Shown here: positions 8,650 to 17,366 of the stretch, in pieces
Layout: every line of letters begins with the position of its first letter
Numbering within the stretch: the stretch's first letter is position 1
Virus record (IMG/VR): IMGVR_UViG_3300010358_000326
Span: 1 to 24,862 of that record
Length of the DNA: 24,862 nt
Source: a virus
Taxonomy: Duplodnaviria; Caudoviricetes
Strand: one strand, 5' to 3'
The notes under the pieces: model-generated
The model's input: the letters and a program-made list of their open reading frames with translations, nothing else
The model's database searches: none
What the model was told of the DNA's origin: nothing
Program-made: the position numbers and the translations under genes

Positions 8650-9663
8650 TTATCCGATCTTCGCGGCGAGCTCCTTCACTGCATTGATGAGCGCGACGAG
8701 GATCGGGTGCATGTCGAAGACGAGCACGTCCTCAGTCTCCTCCTCGTCGCCGGGGAGCTTCATCTTCGTTGTCGAGACGCATTCGGGAAACACGTCGCGC
8801 ACTTTCTCCGCGTCGAACCCGTAACAGAGCGGGCCGTCAGGCCCTTGCGATTTCAGGCGGTAGGTGATCGGGGCGAGCTGGCAGATGTCGGCCAAGCCGG
8901 CGCTGTAGGGGGCGACGTCCTGCTTCAGGCGCGGGTCGGAGGGGTTCGACCAGGTCGTACCGCTCGCCTTCTGCCCGGTGGTCCCGACAATGACAAAATT
9001 CCCGGTGTAATCGAGATACCCGACGTTTGCGTAGGAACCTCCCGCCGCGCGATAGTCCCATCCCACGTTGGGAAATCCACCGTAGTCCATACGCGATTTG
9101 AAGCTGGCTTTTGCCGCGTCGTAGCTTGGGGAGGCGGGATCGTTTGCAGTCAACTCCACGGTGGTCGTCGCTCCGGTGAGTTGGACACCCTTCGCACATC
9201 GCACCGCCCCCGTCGTCGTTAGGTTGCCCGCGTTGTCGACTTGCAGCAGGCTGACGAACGCGCCTCCCGCGCCAGCCGCCCAGTAGTCCCACTCAAGGCG
9301 CGGGGGAGTCGCATTGCCAAAGTAAAAGAGTGCACTCGCGCCCTTCGTCGTATCATCGCGCACCCAGGCAGACCCGCTCCAATTCACGTTATACGAGAAG
9401 ACCGGCATGTCGTTGCCGGCGATTTCCAACAGCCGGCCTTTTGCGGCCTGCGCACTCCCGCCGGTCAGGACAAAACTCGTCGGAACACTGACCGTCTTCG
9501 TCGCATCGTACGGCGTCAGCGTCGTCCCGGTGTCCGTCCAGAGCCAGCTCTGCGAGGTCGAGCTACTCGACCAGACCTTGCCATCCCAGGTGTACTGGAT
9601 GCCCGACGGGGCGGTATAGATCTGACCAACGGTGGGAGAAGCGGGAAAGTCGGGGGCTGCCAT
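8650..9663 (-). CDS. Tail fibre/spike with C-terminal intramolecular chaperone (peptidase S74), 337 aa
   Basis: S74 autocleavage motif PSDPRLKQDV...LAPITYRLK...GFDAEKVRDVFPECV...LINAVKEL. N-terminal DFPASPTVGQ...YTWDGKVW module. TAATG-coupled start at 9663. Confidence 0.88.
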   Translation of the reverse strand: MAAPDFPASPTVGQIYTAPSGIQYTWDGKVWSSSSTSQSWLWTDTGTTLTPYDATKTVSVPTSFVLTGGSAQAAKGRLLEIAGNDMPVFSYNVNWSGSAWVRDDTTKGASALFYFGNATPPRLEWDYWAAGAGGAFVSLLQVDNAGNLTTTGAVRCAKGVQLTGATTTVELTANDPASPSYDAAKASFKSRMDYGGFPNVGWDYRAAGGSYANVGYLDYTGNFVIVGTTGQKASGTTWSNPSDPRLKQDVAPYSAGLADICQLAPITYRLKSQGPDGPLCYGFDAEKVRDVFPECVSTTKMKLPGDEEETEDVLVFDMHPILVALINAVKELAAKIG

Positions 9664-10436
9664 TAGGCTACTCCTAGGCAAACCAGCGCCAGCTGGGCGC
9701 GGGTGACGGTCGCGGCGCTGCCGCTATTCTGAAACAGACTCATCCGGTAGAGCCATCCCGCCGTCGCTGGCTTCGTAATGGCGACGGAATAGGTCGGTAG
9801 GAAGTTCGTAGCATTGATGGCCGTCGAGGCGACGGTCGTCCACGTACTCCCATCAGGGGATTCTTCGAGGACGAGAAACGAAGCATTGGCAGAGATGGCT
9901 GCGGACAGAAACAGCGTGCCCGCGACGGAGACCCAGCCGCCGTAGCCCGTCGGCACCGCGACACGACTCGACGCCGTCACGGGAATCAATCCTCCAGACG
10001 AATCGCTCCAGATACTCTGCATCACTACTATGGTCACGGTGTTGTTCGGGATGCTCTGGTTCGTCGCTCCGGTGACCCCACCGGCCATCGCCTTCGCTTG
10101 CGCCGGTGCATAGGCCGCGAAGCTGGGATTCGGATAGCTCCCGCTGAGCGACCCGCCCGCCGGTCCCGTGGGCCGCGACACCGACGGCACCGCGCTGACA
10201 TACTGCTTCGTGTTCCCGTCGTCGTAATACACATACAGGGTCTGGTCGGGATCGCTTCGCCACCAGAGGTTCCCGACGACAGGCGCGGTCGGGGGATTCG
10301 GGCCGATGAAGACGGCGGTCGAGAGGCTGCCCGTGATCGGGATCCACGCGGAGCCGTCCCACTGATATGTCGCCCCGTTCGTCGCGTTGAACTGCTGGTT
10401 CAGTGTCGGCGCGTTGGGGAAGTCGATTGCTGCCAT
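9663..10436 (-). CDS. Fibre / virion structural protein, 257 aa
   Basis: N-terminal IDFPNAPTLNQ...YQWDGSAW module, GNLWWRSDPDQTLYVYYDDG module, GPAGGSLSGSYPNP repeat, beta-rich C-terminal domain. Confidence 0.75.
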   Translation of the reverse strand: MAAIDFPNAPTLNQQFNATNGATYQWDGSAWIPITGSLSTAVFIGPNPPTAPVVGNLWWRSDPDQTLYVYYDDGNTKQYVSAVPSVSRPTGPAGGSLSGSYPNPSFAAYAPAQAKAMAGGVTGATNQSIPNNTVTIVVMQSIWSDSSGGLIPVTASSRVAVPTGYGGWVSVAGTLFLSAAISANASFLVLEESPDGSTWTTVASTAINATNFLPTYSVAITKPATAGWLYRMSLFQNSGSAATVTRAQLALVCLGVA

Positions 10437-10530
10437 CAGGAAGCCCCCCTAGCGAGACGATCCTTCCCGCATGAGGGAACCAGTGCCGAGGCGTCAGCAC
10501 GGGAGGCACACCGATGGGACCAAGGAGGCA

Positions 10531-10743
10531 TCAGGCCGGCACCACCGGCACCCATTGCCGCGAGGTGCCATCGTCGTAGTAGATGAAGAGCCGGCCGTCG
10601 GGATCGTTCCGCCACCAGAACTGTCCCACCGTCGGGCTGGGCGGCGGGACCGGCGAGATCACGGTCGCGACGCCGGTCACCGTCACCGTCGGCGGCAGGA
10701 CGAGCGGCGCGATCATCGGATGCGCGAAGTACGGTTTCGCCAT
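10531..10743 (-). CDS. Miniature fibre-module protein, 70 aa
   Basis: MAKPYFAHPM...VGQFWWRNDPDGRLFIYYDDGTSRQWVPVVPA. Both ends match the ends of the 473-aa upstream gene. RBS AAAGGGA. Confidence 0.8.
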   Translation of the reverse strand: MAKPYFAHPMIAPLVLPPTVTVTGVATVISPVPPPSPTVGQFWWRNDPDGRLFIYYDDGTSRQWVPVVPA

Positions 10744-10853
10744 CGTCCCTTTCTCTATGCCGTCACGACCGGCACCCACTGCGTCGAGGTGCCGTCATTG
10801 TAGTAGATGAAAAGGCGCCCGTCGGGATCGTTCCGCCACCAGAGTTGTCCCAC
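10531..10853 (-). repeat. Imperfect ~99-bp direct repeat pair (10531-10629 and 10755-10853) encoding a paralogous C-terminal fibre module
   Basis: Manual alignment: 28 of 32 aa identical, with 8 synonymous and 4 non-synonymous codon differences. Confidence 0.9.
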
Positions 10854-12176
10854 TTGCGGCGATGCCGGGGCCGTCGCACCGATCGAGACGAGTCCCGTGG
10901 CCGTCATCGAGACTTCCGTGGCCGCCGTCACCCGCCCCTCGGCGCTAATGGTGAGACTCGGCACTTTCGTTGCCGAGCCGTAGGTCGCCGCCGTGACGCC
11001 CGTCGTCGACAACGTGGGTGCCGGATAGGAGCCCGCGAGCGATCCTGTGGCGCTGCCCGACGGCGGGTAGCTCGTCGGATGCCCGGTCACCTTCGTATAG
11101 GCGACGTCGTTGATCTTGGCATCGGTGACCTTGAGCGCACCGATGGTTGGGTTAGGATACGTGCCCGTCAGGTCCCCGCCGGCAGCACCACTCGGCGGCA
11201 GACTCGTCGGAGCCCCCGTGAGCTTCGAGTACGCCATCCCCACGATCTTCGCGTCGGTGACTTGGCCATCATTCAGATTCGCCGTGAGCAGCCCAGATGG
11301 CGCGACGGGGAACCGCGCCTGCGCGATCGTGCCCGTCAGCTTCGTTGCCGCAACGTCGTTGACCTTCGCGTCCGTCACCGCGAGCGCAGCAATCGCCGGA
11401 TTTGGGTACGTGCCCGACAAATCGCCGCCCGCCGGTCCCGAGGGGGGGAGCGTCGTCGGGATCGTCGCCGGCGTCGTCCACCCCGTCGCGTAGTCCGTCG
11501 CCGACGTCTTCTGAAGCACCTGTCCTGTCGTCCCGCCTGCCGCCACCCCGGGACCGGCTGGTCCCTGCGGTCCCGTGGCACCCGTCGCACCGGGATTGCC
11601 TTGCGGTCCTTGCGTGCCCGTCGCGCCGGTCGGTCCCGGTGGTCCCTGTGGCCCAGTCTGTCCAGCGACGGAGATGGCAAGAAAAATGGACGCATTATTT
11701 GCGATAGCCGGACCCGCGCCGCTCTGGACCCAGCTGACAGGTATCTCTGTATACGTCCCCTTGTTGGTCGGAGTTGCCGTTGCCTGGTATTGGTAGAGGC
11801 TCGTTGAGTCAGACTGAACCTGGATGGTGACCTTGCTTCCAACGGTAATGGCTCCCAAAGCAACGGTGGCATCATTGTTCAGGGATGTTGTGTTGGATGC
11901 CCACACAAGGGTCGCGGCGCTTGCGGTCAGGTTGTTCAGTTGGACGTTGCCCGATGCCGGTGGGGCAACCGTGCCAGTCGAGAACCGATACTCGATGAAG
12001 CTCGAGGATTGGCCTGGAACCCCCTGTGGCCCCGTCGCACCCGTGGGACCGGCTGGTCCCTGGGGACCTGTCGCACCCGCAGGACCTGCCGGGCCCTGCG
12101 GCCCTGCCGGTCCGGGCGTTCCCACCCCGCTGATCTCCTTAAAGACCATCGCATGGGAGAAGAGGGGCTTCGGCAT
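10755..12176 (-). CDS. Collagen-containing tail fibre protein, 473 aa
   Basis: Two 13-triplet Gly-X-Y tracts (12006-12122 and 11547-11663), GGTTGQVLQKTSATDY module, three PPSG-A-G-L-G-YP-P repeats, VTDAKI repeats, C-terminal GQLWWRNDPDG module. Confidence 0.85.
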   Translation of the reverse strand: MPKPLFSHAMVFKEISGVGTPGPAGPQGPAGPAGATGPQGPAGPTGATGPQGVPGQSSSFIEYRFSTGTVAPPASGNVQLNNLTASAATLVWASNTTSLNNDATVALGAITVGSKVTIQVQSDSTSLYQYQATATPTNKGTYTEIPVSWVQSGAGPAIANNASIFLAISVAGQTGPQGPPGPTGATGTQGPQGNPGATGATGPQGPAGPGVAAGGTTGQVLQKTSATDYATGWTTPATIPTTLPPSGPAGGDLSGTYPNPAIAALAVTDAKVNDVAATKLTGTIAQARFPVAPSGLLTANLNDGQVTDAKIVGMAYSKLTGAPTSLPPSGAAGGDLTGTYPNPTIGALKVTDAKINDVAYTKVTGHPTSYPPSGSATGSLAGSYPAPTLSTTGVTAATYGSATKVPSLTISAEGRVTAATEVSMTATGLVSIGATAPASPQVGQLWWRNDPDGRLFIYYNDGTSTQWVPVVTA

Positions 12177-12178
12177 TG

Positions 12179-14712
12179 TCAGGACTTCCGCGATTGATCC
12201 GTGCCAAGCAGATCGTAGTAGTAGATCACCCCGATCAGCGGCACGTCCCCGACGACGCTCCCGTCGGTCTGGATGCTCGCCGTGATGGCGTACCCGTCCC
12301 CGACCTGGAGCGGCTGCAAGCGGCGGCGGTTCACGCCCTGCGGATACTTGAGCGTCTGGCGGTAGACGCCATCGACGTTCAAGACGACGGACACCGGATG
12401 GTTGTCGTTGCTCGTCTGCTGCGCGATTAGCTCAAGCGCCCGGAAGGCTTTGCGACGTGGACGCGCCGGCGGGGCCGAATCGCCATAGTCGAGTTCAGGC
12501 AGATCGACGTGTGTCGGCACACCGACTGGGGCGTCAGTCGCCGCAACGGAATCATAGTTCGTCCGCCGTCCGTAGGTGCCGGGCTGCACGAACCACGAAT
12601 TGTCCCACTCGCTGATGACGACCGACGCCATGCCCGTATACCCATGGCGCTTGAGACAGAGTGCGTTCGGCTTCCAGAGCCGTGCTGTCGTCATCCGGAC
12701 GGGGCCGCCTTGGGGGACCAAGCTGAAATCCCAGCGGATCACGAGATCGTTGTCGCCGGGATCGTTTGCCGGGGCGCTCAGACTGCGGAGCCCGAACCAC
12801 GCCGTCTTCGTCTGCGGATCGTAGACCGAGGTGAGACTCCGGAGCTGCGTGACGTCCACAGTCTGGATCGTCCATGTATGGAGCCCCATCGCCCGAGTGA
12901 TGTCAGAATCCCGCGTGCCGCCGAGGGTCGCCACCGCCGAGAGCAGATGGAAATGGCCCTGCGCATCGCAGAAGATCACGTCATCGTCGGTCGGCAAGGC
13001 CGCGTAGGGACTCGGAGCGCAGCCGACCGCCATCGACCGGATGCGATATGTCCATTTGAGCCGGTCATCAGGTGTGTCGTCGATATAGAAGAGCCCTTGC
13101 GGATATTTCCACAGGAAGAGGACGCCTTGATATTGCGCCGCGCCCCAAAGTCGCTGGCCGACGTTTGAGGCGATCCGGAAATTGATCGATGGCACGGCCG
13201 GGGCGGCCGTCGTCTGGAAATCCTCGTGATTGTCCGGGGTCGAGAAGTAGACCCGATGCGGATCATTCAGGTTGCCGAAGGCGACGAGGGAGTCCTGATG
13301 GACGATGGCGTTGATCGGCTGCTTCGTCGCATTCTGTGCGGTGCCCCAATCGAAGGCCGGCGTGGCGATGACGTGGGAACTCGCCGCATCGCCCGAGACG
13401 ACTTGGATCGGATCGACACCGTTCAGATAGAAGAGCTTCCGGGGATTCGCGGCGTTCTCCTGCCGCCGACGACGAACCGGCCCGGCCGGACCTGGGCGAG
13501 ATTGCTCGCGAGCGTCTGGCCGCCGAGCGTCCCGGTCTCGCCGTTGCTGTCCGGATCGGGGACGTCGCGGAAGATGTAGCCGTTGAATTGCGGATCGCCG
13601 AGATTGATCGCCGTCACGAGGCGTGGGGCGGCACGCCGGATGACCGTAGTCGCGGCGACGCTGCGGGTGGCCTGCCATGGCCCGATGGTCGTCAACTGCG
13701 TCGGGGATTGGATGCTGCTGACGACTTGGCTTTCCCCACCGACGATGATCGTGTCGCCCGGGTACAAACCCACGGAGAAATTCGTCCCGATACCTGTCGT
13801 GACGAGGCGTGAGCCAGCAACGACGCTTACGGGCTGCGTGCCAGTGAATGTCGATGTATCGTCGGAACTGTACTCGATCTGTGCCGCGATCTTCGTGGCG
13901 CTCCAGTAGACGTCACTCGCCATCGCGACGAGGGTATGGCCTCCAGTCGTCAGGGTGGAGTTATGCGTGAAGGGCTTCGAATTCGGGAAACTCGGCGTCA
14001 CGCTGGTATCGATACTCGCGACCAAGCCGATGCCGACGAGCGGATAGAATTGCGTCCGGCCCCACAAGTCCCATGACGTCGCCGCGGTCGATCCGTCCGC
14101 GCTTGAGCTCCGCAATTTGAGCGGTAGGACGAGATCCACGATGGCGGTGGCGATGAGATTGACGGCGGCAGATGCCGTCAGGGTGACGGTCAGTGTGTCG
14201 CCGCTCTGGATAGCCGTCGTGACGACCGCGAGCCAGATCTCCCCATGGAGCGCCGGGCTCGTGCCGGTATAGTCGAACGTCCCGACCCGAGCATAGACGT
14301 TGCCACGCGTATCGGTGATGGCACTCGGGGAGTTCGTACGCCCGCTCACCCGAATGGCGACGACTTGACCCACCGGCACGGTCCCCGTGAACGTCCCGGT
14401 CCACGGATTGGTCGGTGCGGCAGCGCCCATCGTGATGACGTCTGCCCCGACGTATGCCGTCGGCAATGCATCGTACCAGAGTGCCATCGCAATGGACGTC
14501 GTCGCCGCAGACCACGTCATGCGCAGCGTCAGATGATCGGTGCCGTTCTGCTGATAGTATTTGGCGGCGGGCTCCTTGTTCACGAGATCGTTCTCGACGA
14601 CGACGTTTTCCGCAAACAAGAGCTCACCCGCCTTCGCCCGCCAGCGATTCGGATGTGCCACCATCCCGGAATTCCCGAGCGGGATGAGATACGGGTTCCC
14701 TTGCTGCGCCAT
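12179..14712 (-). CDS. Tail nozzle / tail tubular protein B-like (about 844 aa if joined), interrupted by a -1 frameshift near 13461
   Basis: The 429-aa ORF starts like a nozzle (GMVAHPN...GELLFAENVV). The second frame continues with propeller-like KLFYLNGVD, HQDSLVAFG, RVYFS and ends RRKAFRALEL. One extra A at 13461 gives GRFVVGG-K-ENAANPRKLFY. Lies directly after the adaptor. Confidence 0.7.
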
Positions 14713-14713
14713 G

Positions 14714-15739
14714 TCACCAGGACCAAACCGGTAAGCCGCCGGAGGTCCAGAGCGGCGGACCCCACGCGGCGGTCACCCGGGACGGCTGCACGACGCCCCA
14801 CTTAGACGACATGCGCCGCAGCCCCCGACGGTACTCGTCCGCCATCGCCTTCCATTGCGCCTGGAACTTCTGCCAGAGATCGGCCGCCGTCGAATCGTCC
14901 TTGTCACTCAAGATCAAATAGGCGAGCCCATACGAGAGAATCCGGCGATGCTGGATCGGGATCGCGGGAATGGCCCCTTCGCTGAGCACGTCGGGCCGGT
15001 TGATGTACTCGAACTCGAGCTGCACCGGCAGCGGCGTGTCCGGCGTGTAGAGATAGTGCGAGAACCGGAGCTTTGTTTCGGTGACCCGTGCCGCGACCAC
15101 CGGAAAACCGGCCGTCGTCCGGCCGCCCGCCATCGGCCACGTCTGCGGATAGTAGCGCTCGAGATCAGGCGGATCGACGACGTCGATCGAGTACGGCAGC
15201 CCGAAACTCGGAAACGCCATGATGAACAGCGGGGACGTGCCGCGGACGAAATCCGGCGGCAGCTCGTACGTGTCTGGATACCCGAGCCAGTTCGTCACGC
15301 TCATGTTCGTCCCGGTCCATGGTTCCGATAGCGTGACATAGGTCGTGTTGGCGGCGGGATTGTTCTGGCTCGCCAAGACAAGATGGCGGGCCGGGGTCGT
15401 ATCCTGCTGGATCCGGTAGCCGGCGAGATTGACGTCACTGCCAAGCGTCGGGGTCACGGTCACGGCCCGCGTGCCAGTCTGGAAGGTCGCGGTCAGGGTA
15501 TGCGTGCCGTTGATCGGCTGCATCAGCTGGATCGCCCCGCGTGGCCAGGCCCGCGCCCACGTCCAGTCATACGGCTCAAGCACCGACTGCCCGAACTGCC
15601 CACCCGAAATCAGCGCCCGAGCGACGACAGTCATCCACTCGTAGGCCCGGCTGTCATACTGCGAGTTGCCATCGACGGGCTCCCCAGCGAGGAAGAGCGC
15701 ATCGATCTTCAGGTCCTTCGCGGTGGCAAAATAGGCCAT
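14714..15739 (-). CDS. Head-tail adaptor / tail tubular protein A-like, 341 aa
   Basis: Adaptor-like motifs YDWTW, YELPPDF and PAIPIQHRRILSYGLAYLIL. Position between head genes and nozzle. Confidence 0.7.
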   Translation of the reverse strand: MAYFATAKDLKIDALFLAGEPVDGNSQYDSRAYEWMTVVARALISGGQFGQSVLEPYDWTWARAWPRGAIQLMQPINGTHTLTATFQTGTRAVTVTPTLGSDVNLAGYRIQQDTTPARHLVLASQNNPAANTTYVTLSEPWTGTNMSVTNWLGYPDTYELPPDFVRGTSPLFIMAFPSFGLPYSIDVVDPPDLERYYPQTWPMAGGRTTAGFPVVAARVTETKLRFSHYLYTPDTPLPVQLEFEYINRPDVLSEGAIPAIPIQHRRILSYGLAYLILSDKDDSTAADLWQKFQAQWKAMADEYRRGLRRMSSKWGVVQPSRVTAAWGPPLWTSGGLPVWSW

Positions 15740-15749
15740 GCCCCGCGCC

Positions 15750-16112
15750 TCAGAGCCAGATGAGTCGGACCCCGGAGACGGCCGCCGTCAGCTGGACGAG
15801 CAGCGGTGTCACCGCCAGCGAGAGAATGCTCGCCGTGTTCGGGCTGTAGGCGACGCCAGTATCCGCCGCCGCACCTTTCAGGACGAATGGGGTGACATTC
15901 GTTGGCGGCGGGATCAGCACCAGCATGGTCGCCTTCGTCGGCCGCTGCAGCGTCGTCGCCCCAACCGGAAAGTCGACGATGTCGAAATCCCCGGCGGCAT
16001 CGTCAAACGACCACGCCGCACTAATCGGCACGGGTAAATCCGACAGCCCCGTCGCCGTCAGGCCGTCGATGTGCGCCTGGAAGACGGCTCGCGCCGTGAC
16101 CGGGAGCGCCAT
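15750..16112 (-). CDS. Hypothetical virion protein, 120 aa
   Basis: Beta-rich hydrophobic ORF filling the operon gap exactly. Confidence 0.7.
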   Translation of the reverse strand: MALPVTARAVFQAHIDGLTATGLSDLPVPISAAWSFDDAAGDFDIVDFPVGATTLQRPTKATMLVLIPPPTNVTPFVLKGAAADTGVAYSPNTASILSLAVTPLLVQLTAAVSGVRLIWL

Positions 16113-16115
16113 GGG

Positions 16116-16526
16116 CTAGGCCGCCGGTCGGGCCTTCGGCCGCTCCTCCACCTTCGGGAGTTCCGGAGGAGCCGGCGCCGTCCCGGCCTTCGCCAAGGTG
16201 TCGCGGACGTGGGCAATCAGGTGGTCGTCCTTCTCGGAGCGGTTCATGTTGTTACCGCAGAACTCACACGTCCAGACAACGTTCGGGCCCTGCTCTGCGA
16301 TGACGACGGGATGCGCCCGCATCGTCTCCCGGTACTCGAGCGGCACTTGGTCGGCGGGAATCTCCTGGCCGCCTTGGCCGAACCAGTGGCCGTTCTGCCA
16401 CGTGTAGGTGGCGACCCCGGTATCGCCGAGACACGCGAAGGTGCGCGTCGGATTGATCCGGACGACTTCCATCCGATTCGTCGCCCGATCCATCTCGAGG
16501 ACGTGCACCGGCTCTAGGCGCGGCAT
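16116..16526 (-). CDS. Hypothetical protein with C2H2-type zinc finger, 136 aa
   Basis: WTCEFCGNNMNRSEKDDHLIAH = C-x2-C-x11-H-x3-H at 16209-16268. Confidence 0.75.
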   Translation of the reverse strand: MPRLEPVHVLEMDRATNRMEVVRINPTRTFACLGDTGVATYTWQNGHWFGQGGQEIPADQVPLEYRETMRAHPVVIAEQGPNVVWTCEFCGNNMNRSEKDDHLIAHVRDTLAKAGTAPAPPELPKVEERPKARPAA

Positions 16527-16529
16527 CGC

Positions 16530-16910
16530 CTAAAACCCCTCGACTTCGCAGACCAGTGTCTGCGCGGTCGCGAACGTCACGGTGTTCGCCAGTTCCGTGT
16601 CCGGACCCGCTGCCCCGGCATTCGCGTAGCCGACGAGTGTCGGACTCACTGGGTCGCCGTTCCATTCCCAGCGTGGGTTATTCGCGCCCGCCACCGGCGT
16701 CCGGCCGATGACGGCAAACCGCTGCACCCGGGAGCGCAGATCGAGACTCAGCTTGTCGAGTGGGATGCCGCCGGTGACATACTGATTGTTCGTGCCGGCA
16801 TTCGCCCCAGTCGGAAAGGACAAGGTGATGCGTCGACGCACCCGGGCCGGCGCCGAGACGAACTCCTCGGCGATGTTATAGGTCAGTTCTGCCGCCGTGA
16901 TCGCAGCCAT
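16530..16910 (-). CDS. Putative minor head / structural protein, 126 aa
   Basis: AGGAGG RBS, YVTGGIPL motif, beta-rich, second gene after the capsid gene. Confidence 0.65.
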   Translation of the reverse strand: MAAITAAELTYNIAEEFVSAPARVRRRITLSFPTGANAGTNNQYVTGGIPLDKLSLDLRSRVQRFAVIGRTPVAGANNPRWEWNGDPVSPTLVGYANAGAAGPDTELANTVTFATAQTLVCEVEGF

Positions 16911-16919
16911 CGGCCCTCC

Positions 16920-17342
16920 TCACGTCGAGCTGATGACGTCGACCTTGCGGCTCCCCGCCGGATAAACCTTCGCGTAGAGTTGTCCGGTGCCGCTCGCCAC
17001 CGCGCCGGTGATCGACAGCCGGAAGACTTGGCCCTTGTCGAGATGGATCTTGGTCGACTTCTTTAAGCACGCGCCCGCCGCCAAGCCCGCCGCTGGGCCC
17101 GTCACGGTGGCTTGGACCGTGTAGCTCCCAGCAATCGCCGGAGCGGTCGCCGCCGTGATCGCCAGCGCCGTTGCCGCCGTCACCGTCCCGATCATGCAGC
17201 CGACCTCGACCACATCGACGCCCTCGGTCGCCATGAAAAAGCCCTTGTCACCCGCCGGCGTCAGGGCCCCGCCGAGGGCCGCGTCGCTTGTCTGCAGGTT
17301 CGCCGGCACCGTCCAAGTATATGTCCCCGCGTCCATTGCCAT
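16920..17342 (-). CDS. Putative capsid decoration / cement protein, 140 aa
   Basis: Immediately downstream of the capsid gene with a strong AAGGAGG RBS. Ala/Thr/Gly-rich, beta-sandwich-like composition. Confidence 0.6.
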   Translation of the reverse strand: MAMDAGTYTWTVPANLQTSDAALGGALTPAGDKGFFMATEGVDVVEVGCMIGTVTAATALAITAATAPAIAGSYTVQATVTGPAAGLAAGACLKKSTKIHLDKGQVFRLSITGAVASGTGQLYAKVYPAGSRKVDVISST

Positions 17343-17366
17343 CGGCCTGTCCTCCTTGAGCGGTCC

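Noticed and set aside
10531-10853. Repeat pair as a diversity-generating retroelement TR/VR
   Set aside because: Mismatches are mostly synonymous third-position changes, not adenine-specific. Both copies are coding and no reverse transcriptase is present in the window.
13462-13678. Track start of the 499-aa ORF as an independent gene
   Set aside because: The first 72 or so residues are Arg-rich off-frame sequence overlapping the upstream ORF. A frameshift explains it better.
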